Source of the DNA: a virus
IMG/VR virus record: IMGVR_UViG_3300020385_000008
Span: 33,657 to 97,656 of that record
Reading direction: 5' to 3' (one strand)
Length of the DNA stretch: 64,000 nt
The translations under genes and the position numbers were made by a program. A model generated the notes under the pieces. The model made no database searches and was not told where the DNA came from. It was given only the letters and a program-made list of their open reading frames with translations. Shown piece after piece: positions 8,211-16,077 of this stretch; the first letter of the stretch is position 1, and every line of letters starts with the position of its first letter.

Positions 8211-8240
8211 TCATAAAAAAAGCCCCCCTTGCGGGAGGCT
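8211..8240 (-). terminator. Terminator after gp45; direct-repeat copy B
   Basis: Identical to 5848-5876 except for one extra T in the U-tract; followed directly by the GATAAATA late-type promoter (8205-8212). Confidence 0.9.
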
Positions 8241-8247
8241 CTCTGCA

Positions 8248-8916
8248 TCAACCAAAGCTGGAATCTGGTTCAAGGGCAATAAAGTATTCCACATTATTTT
8301 TCTGTCCAGTGAACTGGGCTAGAAGTTTCTGGGAGATCACAACATCATAGTTGCCTGCGAGAATCTTGTTTGTGTTTTCCACCTTGAAATTAAAGCAGAA
8401 ATCATCAGAGGTCTCGCCAACATCAACAGAAAAGATATTAGAGGAATCATTCTTCTTATCGCGTACAACCAAGCTAATGGTTCCTTCTTCACCAACAACA
8501 GAAAGGTCAGGGAGCTTATAGACGCTGGCTGCCTTAACAAGCTGTAGAAGCTGTGAATGGTCTAGCTGGAAGCAAACATCCTGTGAAGGTAGTACAAGTT
8601 GCTTTTCTGGGGGTGCTACGATGACTTCTGGGTCGGCGAAGTGGTAGTTTACACGACGGCGACCTTCACGGATAACAACATAGGTGTCGTTGGAGAAATC
8701 AAGAGTATAGTCATCGTGGAGTGATAGACCGTTTAGGAACTCATTGAGATCATAGATCGCAAAGGTACGAGGGAAGGTCTCCTCAACAGTTGCTTCGGCA
8801 AGGATGTTCTTCATAACCGAAATAGTTCTCAAGGTGTTGCCTTCACCAACAATGATGCTCTGGTTGATGGAACTGAAGTTCTTAAGAACTGAAATAGTTG
8901 AGTCAGATAGTTTCAT
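8248..8916 (-). CDS. gp45: Sliding clamp
   Basis: MKLS..T...LKNFSSINQSI, FAIYDLNEFL and YFIALEPDS motifs. Confidence 0.97.
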   Translation of the reverse strand: MKLSDSTISVLKNFSSINQSIIVGEGNTLRTISVMKNILAEATVEETFPRTFAIYDLNEFLNGLSLHDDYTLDFSNDTYVVIREGRRRVNYHFADPEVIVAPPEKQLVLPSQDVCFQLDHSQLLQLVKAASVYKLPDLSVVGEEGTISLVVRDKKNDSSNIFSVDVGETSDDFCFNFKVENTNKILAGNYDVVISQKLLAQFTGQKNNVEYFIALEPDSSFG

Positions 8917-8957
8917 AACAAATAGATATTTTTGAAGATTATTGATGGAGTATAATG

Positions 8958-8968
8958 ATTATAGCACA
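8958..8968 (-). promoter_or_regulatory. Extended -10 promoter TGTGCTATAAT (gp45)
   Basis: Exact recurring motif; no -35 consensus at 17-nt spacing. Confidence 0.7.
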
Positions 8969-9430
8969 CTATCGCCCAGTTGGGCTAAATGTTTCTACAG
9001 CATCTTCAGTAAATGGAAGATCTGAGAAGTGATATAGAAGGAAAGCATAGTGAATAACCTTAAGGAGATCCTTTGGATTCTTACCATCCTTCTTACCAAA
9101 ACGAGAAAGATACTTAATAGCATTGGATCGGCAGAATGCTTCAGCATCACCAATAGAGTCAATAAGGTCAAGAGTCTGTACTTTAGACTCCTCACCTACA
9201 TAATGACCATTATAAGTGCTGGATAGATAAGCTTCCACCTCACGAAGGATTTTGCCTTCATCATACTTCCAGAAAGTAATATCCTTTGCGGTGTCTGTTA
9301 CAACAACTTCACCTAGCTCTTCACTAGTGAAATGCTCTCTACCCGCCCAGAATCCGTCAGCGGTCATTTCATAACCACGGTTGCGCATCTCTTCCATCTC
9401 TTCGTGTAGCATAGCCCAGGAGTTAGTCAT
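8969..9430 (-). CDS. DUF3310-like protein (family includes the T7 gp1.7 nucleotide kinase)
   Basis: HY, AFCRSNAIKYLSRFGKK and DLLKVIHY motifs; TGTGCTATAAT promoter at 9445-9455. Confidence 0.7.
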   Translation of the reverse strand: MTNSWAMLHEEMEEMRNRGYEMTADGFWAGREHFTSEELGEVVVTDTAKDITFWKYDEGKILREVEAYLSSTYNGHYVGEESKVQTLDLIDSIGDAEAFCRSNAIKYLSRFGKKDGKNPKDLLKVIHYAFLLYHFSDLPFTEDAVETFSPTGR

Positions 9431-9456
9431 AAAATTACCTCAATATTATAGCACAA

Positions 9457-10587
9457 TTAAAATTCAGATGGGTCAACTGAGGATGCAGTTACTTCACTGG
9501 ACTCAAAGTCAACGTCATTATCAACGGCACCGTAAAGGTCCATAAAGGACTGGCGTGTCTCATCGTCAAAGCGATTGAGGCAGATGTTGATAGCTTTTGC
9601 CTTATCACCAAAGATGCTGTAAGCACGGATGATATGGACTAGTCGGCGAGTGGAGATGATCTCATCAACACCACCATCATAGAAGGTCTTACGGATGATG
9701 TCACCCCAGTCAGCAAGACGCTTACAGAAAGTAGCATCGTCAATACCCAATGTCTTGGCGTATCCTTTGAGCATCTTGGTTTCGATTGCTACGGAAGGAT
9801 ATGACTGCTCAAAGGTGATTGGGAAACGCTCAAGGAAGGCTTCATTCAGAACGTTGGTGCCGATAAAACGACCGTCATCTGATCCCTTACCCTTTGTATT
9901 CGCAGTCGCGATAACATTGAATCCCTCTCTTGGAGTGATGTACTGTCCAATCTTCTTAAGGAATATCCCTTTACCCTCAAGAATGCTCTGCAAGCATAGG
10001 ATTTTGTTGGATGCCAGGTCAATCTCGTCAAGCAATAGGATTGCACCACGTTGGAGTGCCTCAATAACGGGACCGTTATGCCAAACAGTGGCACCATCAA
10101 CGAGGCGAAAACCGCCAATAAGGTCGTCTTCATCAGTTTCAATAGTGATGTTTACACGGATAAGCTCGCGTCCTAGTTGAGCGCAAGCTTGCTCTACACT
10201 AAAAGTCTTACCGTTACCGGAGAGACCAGTAATGAATGTTGGGTAGAACAAACCAGAACTAATAACTTGCTTCACATCAGCAAAGTTGCCGAAAGGAACA
10301 AAGGTTGAGTCTTTTTCTGGAACAAGGTTCTGCTCAACCATAGGAGTAGCTTTTACAGCGGAAGGAGCTTCTACTGTGTGCTCAAGTTCTGCTTTTACTT
10401 GGGAGATATTAAGATTCCACTTACCACGACCAGACTTATATTCTTCTAGGCGGCGGGTTACTGTCTGATAGGTCAGACCCTGAATAGCACAGAATGCACG
10501 AACATCGGCAGCAGAAATCTCCTCACTGAAATTAGAGCGTAGGTTATCCAGCATCTCTTGAGTAGTCATAGCGAGTTGGCGAGGCAT
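9457..10587 (-). CDS. cobS: CobS-like MoxR-family AAA+ ATPase (376 aa from MPRQLA)
   Basis: Walker A GLSGNGKT, Walker B LLLDE, TANTKGKGSDDGRFIGTNVLNEAFLERF, ISTRRLVH; start fixed by the repeat cassette. Confidence 0.93.
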   Translation of the reverse strand: MPRQLAMTTQEMLDNLRSNFSEEISAADVRAFCAIQGLTYQTVTRRLEEYKSGRGKWNLNISQVKAELEHTVEAPSAVKATPMVEQNLVPEKDSTFVPFGNFADVKQVISSGLFYPTFITGLSGNGKTFSVEQACAQLGRELIRVNITIETDEDDLIGGFRLVDGATVWHNGPVIEALQRGAILLLDEIDLASNKILCLQSILEGKGIFLKKIGQYITPREGFNVIATANTKGKGSDDGRFIGTNVLNEAFLERFPITFEQSYPSVAIETKMLKGYAKTLGIDDATFCKRLADWGDIIRKTFYDGGVDEIISTRRLVHIIRAYSIFGDKAKAINICLNRFDDETRQSFMDLYGAVDNDVDFESSEVTASSVDPSEF

Positions 10588-10649
10588 AGTGGGCTTGTGT
10601 TGTATGTGATTATTATAAAGCATAAAAAAGCCCCATAGTGGGGCAGTGG
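10585..10649 (-). repeat. Terminator-promoter-leader cassette, copy 1 (ends at the cobS ATG)
   Basis: 60/65 identical to 10905-10969 by hand alignment; GCCCC hairpin, T run, TATAAT, leader and ATG. Confidence 0.92.
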
Positions 10650-10907
10650 TCAGTTTAGGTAGTGCCCAATAATATAGACAGCAAAACTCATAACGATAAG
10701 GATAAGGGTAATGACCCACAGTCTTGTTATTTTCTTGTGTTGAGCTTGTTGGGTATAAGAGAGTCTTTCCGAGAATTCGCGTTTACGATCATGGAACTCT
10801 AACGCCTGTTGCCAGAAAAAGTCATTATCGTCAAAGGTTCCATTCTTCTTCTTCTCATCCCATAGTTCTTGGACTTTCTGTTCTAAATCAGTCTGCTGTG
10901 GAAACAT
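10650..10907 (-). CDS. Hypothetical 85-aa protein with a C-terminal TM helix
   Basis: MFPQQ start lies at the end of repeat copy 2; hydrophobic LWVITLILIVMSFAVYIIG. Confidence 0.75.
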   Translation of the reverse strand: MFPQQTDLEQKVQELWDEKKKNGTFDDNDFFWQQALEFHDRKREFSERLSYTQQAQHKKITRLWVITLILIVMSFAVYIIGHYLN

Positions 10908-10969
10908 AGTTGACTTGTGTTGCATGTGATTATTATAGAGCATAAAAAAGCCCCTTAGTGGGGCAGTGG
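10905..10969 (-). repeat. Terminator-promoter-leader cassette, copy 2
   Basis: CCACTGCCCCACTAAGGGGCTTTTTTATGCTCTATAATAATCACATGCAACACAAGTCAACTATG; 320 bp from copy 1. Confidence 0.92.
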
Positions 10970-10973
10970 ACAC

Positions 10974-11642
10974 TTACCATTCTGTTTCTGTCATTCGATG
11001 AAAATTTGTAAGAATTGTTTCAGCCATAAATTCAGGATTTTGTATGGCTTCTTCTATTGAGGGTGGTCTTCCAGTTCTCATTAATTGTTTTCTTAAACTA
11101 TGTAAATGGCTATAAATATCTGTCATATAATCTGGAGGAAATTTACTATGGGTCCAGAATACACTAACATCACGCCTACCCCTAGTTACTTCACTTACTT
11201 CGTGAATAAATCCAGTATTATATGTAACGGCATAACCAGCATCTAGTTTATGTTCACTAATTTCATGATCATAAATCCTTAAGTATCCACCATCATATTC
11301 ATTGGGGTTATTTAAAAACACAGTAGTACTGTAATGACCTACTTCAGGAGCATCTTGGTGTGGTCTATAGAATCCTCCGACATTAGTTCTAGAATATATG
11401 GGCACATTTGTAGATTTAGCTGCGACTTTTCCCAAAAAAGGATAATCATGGTCTAAAGCTTCAAAAATTATTTTAGATATTTCTACAATATTTTCATTAC
11501 TACGACAGAACTCTGAATTATTTTTTAATGACAAATCAGTATGATCAGTTGAGTTGGTTCCATTTACCCACAAACCACCATCCATCATAGATTGTATCTG
11601 TGAAAGTTGTTCTTGATCCAACAATTTTCTAATATAAATCAT
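10974..11642 (-). CDS. PKHD-type 2OG-Fe(II) hydroxylase (PiuC/YbiX-like)
   Basis: HQD iron motif, TVFLNNPNEYDGGYL, HEVSEVTRGRR. Confidence 0.85.
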   Translation of the reverse strand: MIYIRKLLDQEQLSQIQSMMDGGLWVNGTNSTDHTDLSLKNNSEFCRSNENIVEISKIIFEALDHDYPFLGKVAAKSTNVPIYSRTNVGGFYRPHQDAPEVGHYSTTVFLNNPNEYDGGYLRIYDHEISEHKLDAGYAVTYNTGFIHEVSEVTRGRRDVSVFWTHSKFPPDYMTDIYSHLHSLRKQLMRTGRPPSIEEAIQNPEFMAETILTNFHRMTETEW

Positions 11643-12178
11643 TTGTTTAAATGCTCCAATAGTGCTGTGGCTTCACCAAAACGGTCAACATAGTGAACAT
11701 AATCCATCTCTTTATTAGATAGAAAACCATTCTCAACCATCTCTTCTTCTAACCAATCTTTGAGAGTTCTCCACATTCTACCAACACAAATTATTGGCTT
11801 CTGTTCAATATGGTTTACTTGGATTAGTTGATAGATCATAGCCATTTCTAGGAGAGTACCAATTCCACCAGGGGTAACAATAAAGGCATCACAATTTGAG
11901 AAAGTATCCAGTCTAGTGAAGAAATCATCGTGTTTTGTAAAGTCATAAACATACTGGTTGACTGCCTCTTCAAATGGTAAATAGATTGCTTCTGCTTCTG
12001 ACCTAGTAAGGTCAACAGACGCTGCACCCTTGTTTGCTGCTTCCATAGTACCTGGTCCACCACCCGTGACTACAATCCAACCAGTTTGAGCACAGCGCTT
12101 TCCTAGACGCTCTACAGCATCATAGAGCTTGCTGTCTGGATCAGTTCTAGATGAACCAAAAATTGCTACTTTTTTCAT
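11639..12178 (-). CDS. LOG-family nucleotide 5'-monophosphate phosphoribohydrolase
   Basis: IFGSS, TGGGPGTMEAAN, FFTR and PGGIGTLLE (PGGxGTxxE) motifs. Confidence 0.9.
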   Translation of the reverse strand: MKKVAIFGSSRTDPDSKLYDAVERLGKRCAQTGWIVVTGGGPGTMEAANKGAASVDLTRSEAEAIYLPFEEAVNQYVYDFTKHDDFFTRLDTFSNCDAFIVTPGGIGTLLEMAMIYQLIQVNHIEQKPIICVGRMWRTLKDWLEEEMVENGFLSNKEMDYVHYVDRFGEATALLEHLNK

Positions 12179-12933
12179 TGTTCGTTTATTGCGATAAAGT
12201 TTGTTGTCATGTAATGCTCATCATACTCAGTATATCTATCTAACTTAAATGGACCAAATGGTGTAATTCGGTACATAGAGAAACCTAGTTCTTTAAAGTA
12301 GTACCAGAAATCACGATAATGAGTCTTAGTATCAATGTTACAACCACCGAATTCAAACTGAATAATTTTTGTTTTAGATAGGAGAGCACCAAAACCATCC
12401 AAAACATCTAACTCATGACCCTCCACATCAATTTTAACATAATCAATATGCCTATCATCCCAATAATTATCAAACCTAATGACTTCCACAGTTTCTTCTA
12501 GGTTCATTTTTATATTGACATGATCAATATTTCTTTTGGTGAGAGAAGCTAGTCCAGAACCAGGTTCGTTTGAGTAAAGTGTAAGTGTATCTTCTTTATT
12601 AGATAATGCTTTTCCATTTACAATGACATTAGAAAGTGAATCAAATTTAGCTTTTAGTATTTGTACGTTAGAAGAAGATGGCTCAAATATGTGACACTCT
12701 GTTTCAGGAAATCTTCTAAGAACTTCTTCGGTATAAAGACCTTTATTTCCCCCAATATCAACAAATACATTTGGTATACTTTCTGCTAGAGATACACAAG
12801 AATCCACTTCAGCAAAGATAGTTGCTGTTCCCCATCCCTTTCCTTGCATACTAGCTGCATATGTTTCCAACTCAAAAAAATCTTTTTGATTGATACAGAA
12901 ACTATGAATAGCGTTACGTAATTCTTGATTCAT
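12175..12933 (-). CDS. FkbM-family SAM-dependent methyltransferase
   Basis: VDIGGNKG, FEP, IDYVKIDVEGHELDVLDG and IQFE motifs; TGTGTTATAAT promoter at 12955-12965. Confidence 0.9.
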   Translation of the reverse strand: MNQELRNAIHSFCINQKDFFELETYAASMQGKGWGTATIFAEVDSCVSLAESIPNVFVDIGGNKGLYTEEVLRRFPETECHIFEPSSSNVQILKAKFDSLSNVIVNGKALSNKEDTLTLYSNEPGSGLASLTKRNIDHVNIKMNLEETVEVIRFDNYWDDRHIDYVKIDVEGHELDVLDGFGALLSKTKIIQFEFGGCNIDTKTHYRDFWYYFKELGFSMYRITPFGPFKLDRYTEYDEHYMTTNFIAINEQ

Positions 12934-12965
12934 ATCTTTAATATGGGTATTCTAATTATAACACA

Positions 12966-15134
12966 TTATGCAATGAGTGAGATGAAATCACTCAACACCT
13001 TCTTGTTATTCTTCTTGCTTTTTAGTGACTTACTAAACGCTGATTTAATTTTAGCTTTAGTGGCTCCTTCATCCACATCAAATTCAGCAGACTCTTGGAC
13101 TGTATCAGAATCCACGATGTAGTACTTGTTATATCCAGCATTAGTTAGAGCAATTGTTTTTTCTTTCTTCCACTTCGCAATTTGTGCATCATCATATCCA
13201 ACTGCTTGGCGAACGAACCATCCACCACGTTTTTCTAGGATACGGAATCCAGTGAAGGTAGTTTGGGGGAACTCAAAACGTAAGTCCTCCAGAATTGTTG
13301 AGGTGACACCACACAACTTCTCCTTATCAATTTTACGAACAGTCCCTGTGACTCGGTTGCGAAGGTATCCATTTTGGTGACCCAATCGCCCTACACTTAT
13401 TTTAGTTTGACCATCATATGACTCGATTTCAGTGGTATACCTAGTCCAACTAGCTTCACCATCAGTGAGAACCATTACGTGTGCCTTCTCAACATTATTA
13501 CGTTGCTGGAAATCTGGAAGAATCTTACGTAAAGTGATTAGTGCTTCATTTAGAGGAGTACCAGAAAGACCCACTCTACTAGGAACAATATTTCCACCCC
13601 TAGTCGTATAAGAAGATGCGATCATAAAAATAGTTTCCATTTGGCGCAGCAACTCCTTACGGTTGACTGTACTAGTAAGAATATTCATCATACTAAACTC
13701 ATCACCAACAACTAACTCATTAGGAATATCACTGTTCGTATAATAGTTTGCATTATCGCGATTCCACTCGTTAGTAAATGCATAGACTTCAAATGGAATA
13801 TTTACTTTATCGCAGAACATAACGATAGAGAGTAGTTGCTTGATAGTATCTTCCAAGATATGACACATAGAACCAGACCAATCTAGAACAAATACCAGAC
13901 CGTGGTTCTTACCTTCAGGTAGAGTTGTGACCTTCTTAAAGATATCTTCGTTGTACTTATATGTGTGAAGTTTAGTGCAATCTAATACACCAGTCCTAGA
14001 TGTTGAAGAGCGAGAGTAAGCAGAGGCTGACTTCCTACATTCAAACTCCTTAACCATATAGTTGACTTCACTTTGGATGTTGCGCTTAAATTCATTGAAA
14101 TTCTTATCATATCCACCAAATAATGTCTTAATAAAGTAATCAGCATTTTCAGGATTCGTATTATAAAAAAATTCACGCTGCCTCTCAAATGAAGAGTTAA
14201 TATATTCGTGTATTTCTTTGTTAGAAGCAATATACTTAGCTGCAGAGAATGATGGATAAGTTAGATATAGGGGCTGATTATACGTATTAGTTGTAGCCAT
14301 ATCTTCAAGGTTCTCATTGAAGTTCTCCATTGTACTTACATTATCAGTAAGATTACCTGCGGTATCTCCACCACCAATTTCATCGTCACGTGACTCCATA
14401 CTTTCACCCTGCTCATCACTCTCACCATCCTCCTCCTGGGGGGAACCACCCTCACTTGATTCACCTTCACTATCGGATGGTCCCTCTTCTGGCTCTTCAC
14501 CCTCACCACCATCCTTCCCCTGTGGCTCTTCAGTGCCTTCAGGAGAAGAACTAGCATCTTCATCACCAGTTTGCTTCTGCTCCTCTTTCTGCTGCTCGTG
14601 GAGGGCATAGAGGGCTTCTGCTGCTGCAAGAGCATCATCAAAGGTGACTGCTGCAGCACATTGGTCCACAACAACCATTTCAGAAGATGTGAAAGGAACT
14701 TTAATGAAGTTGCCGATCTTAAAGTGTAGGTTTACGCGGTCAGCAATGTTCATAGCTGCTACATCTTCATCAGCAATACCAAAGAAGTCTTGGTCATGGA
14801 GTTCGTGGTATCCACGGAAGAATGTCTTGGGTAGACCCACATACTTCTTCTTCATCAATACTTCAATGCGCACATCTTCCGTGACGTTGACGAAGCCCTG
14901 TGGAACTTTAGTCTTCTTTCTCCAATCCTCATTGGGTGTAAAGAGAGCGTGAGCCACTTCGTGTGCAATAAGGAGGTTGAATACATTATTAGATGCTTTC
15001 TCCCATCGTGGGAGAGTGAGTACACGACTCTGGACGTTGAAGCTAGCTGTGCTTACATTCTTGTGCTCAACCAAGAGGTCTTCTGTTGCGAGCAGACGGG
15101 CAAGAGTGCCTTTGACTTCTAGGTTGACTGACAT
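12966..15134 (-). CDS. CobT-like protein: N-terminal HEXXH zincin domain, acidic linker, C-terminal VWA domain
   Basis: HEVAH and NVTEDVRIE; E/D/G/S-rich linker; MIDAS elements DWSGS, GTPL, VLTDGE. Confidence 0.88.
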   Translation of the reverse strand: MSVNLEVKGTLARLLATEDLLVEHKNVSTASFNVQSRVLTLPRWEKASNNVFNLLIAHEVAHALFTPNEDWRKKTKVPQGFVNVTEDVRIEVLMKKKYVGLPKTFFRGYHELHDQDFFGIADEDVAAMNIADRVNLHFKIGNFIKVPFTSSEMVVVDQCAAAVTFDDALAAAEALYALHEQQKEEQKQTGDEDASSSPEGTEEPQGKDGGEGEEPEEGPSDSEGESSEGGSPQEEDGESDEQGESMESRDDEIGGGDTAGNLTDNVSTMENFNENLEDMATTNTYNQPLYLTYPSFSAAKYIASNKEIHEYINSSFERQREFFYNTNPENADYFIKTLFGGYDKNFNEFKRNIQSEVNYMVKEFECRKSASAYSRSSTSRTGVLDCTKLHTYKYNEDIFKKVTTLPEGKNHGLVFVLDWSGSMCHILEDTIKQLLSIVMFCDKVNIPFEVYAFTNEWNRDNANYYTNSDIPNELVVGDEFSMMNILTSTVNRKELLRQMETIFMIASSYTTRGGNIVPSRVGLSGTPLNEALITLRKILPDFQQRNNVEKAHVMVLTDGEASWTRYTTEIESYDGQTKISVGRLGHQNGYLRNRVTGTVRKIDKEKLCGVTSTILEDLRFEFPQTTFTGFRILEKRGGWFVRQAVGYDDAQIAKWKKEKTIALTNAGYNKYYIVDSDTVQESAEFDVDEGATKAKIKSAFSKSLKSKKNNKKVLSDFISLIA

Positions 15135-15154
15135 AGCGTATCCGTTTCAATGAA

Positions 15155-15200
15155 ATTATTATAGGGCATTAAAAAGCCCCTTGGTGGGGCAGTAGACAGT
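15155..15200 (-). repeat. Terminator-promoter cassette, copy 3 (partial, upstream of the CobT-like gene)
   Basis: ACTGTCTACTGCCCCACCAAGGGGCTTTTTAATGCCCTATAATAAT matches the first ~46 nt of copies 1 and 2. Confidence 0.88.
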
Positions 15201-15202
15201 TA

Positions 15203-15913
15203 CTAAATTGTCTTTTCCATCATAGAAATATGTTCAGCAATTTCTGTAAAATCATTACCTCCAGCATTACATACCCTATAAGTGCCATATCGACAGCACC
15301 AACCAGTGAGTAAGTACTTAACACCACTAGTCAATTCTTCACCTCTATGTGTCCAAAATTGACTGGAAGGAAATAATAGTAACTTACCAGGTTCAGAAAT
15401 AATATTTTTACTTACTCCACAATTATAAAATTGAGTTTTTCCATTATCCAATTGATCTGACCTATCATTTAGATATAAAATATAAGTGAATATTCTGTTA
15501 TTGACAAATGCCACTTCATAATCAGTTTCTTTGTGGATGAAACTGCGTAGAGGAACAACTTCACTAGACGCATCATCATGCCAGTGGTAGTGTCCACCAG
15601 GAGTAGTTCTTTGAATCTGATACCCACGATCATGAAACATCATAGGTTCAGAATAATGAGCATCTTTAATAAGTAAATCCATATAGTTCGTAAAATATGG
15701 ATTAAATGCTTTGTATAATACATCATCAATGTCATCCCATTTTGGATCACCAGTGATAAGTAAATCATCGGAAATTTTTGAATTTGTTAAACCAGCACCA
15801 CTCTTTCCAGGTTTAACTTTTTCATCAGCTTCAAACCTATCAATTATCTCATCGCATAACTCCTTACTAACAACATTTGGGTATTCGATAATGTAATCTT
15901 CAAATGATCTCAT
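15203..15913 (-). CDS. 2OG-Fe(II) oxygenase (prolyl-4-hydroxylase-like)
   Basis: YHWHDD, TYILYLND, GKLLLFPS, HRG and KYLLTGW motifs. Confidence 0.88.
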   Translation of the reverse strand: MRSFEDYIIEYPNVVSKELCDEIIDRFEADEKVKPGKSGAGLTNSKISDDLLITGDPKWDDIDDVLYKAFNPYFTNYMDLLIKDAHYSEPMMFHDRGYQIQRTTPGGHYHWHDDASSEVVPLRSFIHKETDYEVAFVNNRIFTYILYLNDRSDQLDNGKTQFYNCGVSKNIISEPGKLLLFPSSQFWTHRGEELTSGVKYLLTGWCCRYGTYRVCNAGGNDFTEIAEHISMMEKTI

Positions 15914-15927
15914 AACAATTTAATATT

Positions 15928-16062
15928 TTAATGTAAGTGAACAACACCATTTCCATGAACGTGAGGAACAGAACCATCATATAGGTGTGGCTGTCCGTGG
16001 TCAAATCCCCCAGTAGCTAAAGAAAGGATACCAGCAAAGATTGCAATTTTAATATACTTCAT
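15928..16062 (-). CDS. 44-aa peptide with a hydrophobic leader and His-rich C-terminus (below the ORF-track cutoff)
   Basis: MKYIKIAIFAGILSLATGGFDHGQPHLYDGSVPHVHGNGVVHLH; fills the gap between gp46 and the oxygenase. Confidence 0.7.
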   Translation of the reverse strand: MKYIKIAIFAGILSLATGGFDHGQPHLYDGSVPHVHGNGVVHLH

Positions 16063-16077
16063 AAGGGAATAGTCAAT

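Noticed and set aside
9457-10587. Cobalamin biosynthesis role for cobS
   Set aside because: No cobN or other cob genes in the window; the motifs show only a MoxR-type AAA+ ATPase
10585-10969. CRISPR-like or transposon-end interpretation of the direct repeats
   Set aside because: Only two to three copies, separated by whole genes; no cas, transposase or integrase gene in the window
11639-12178. Lysine decarboxylase label for the LOG protein
   Set aside because: A known misannotation of PGGxGTxxE proteins; the protein is too short and lacks PLP-enzyme features
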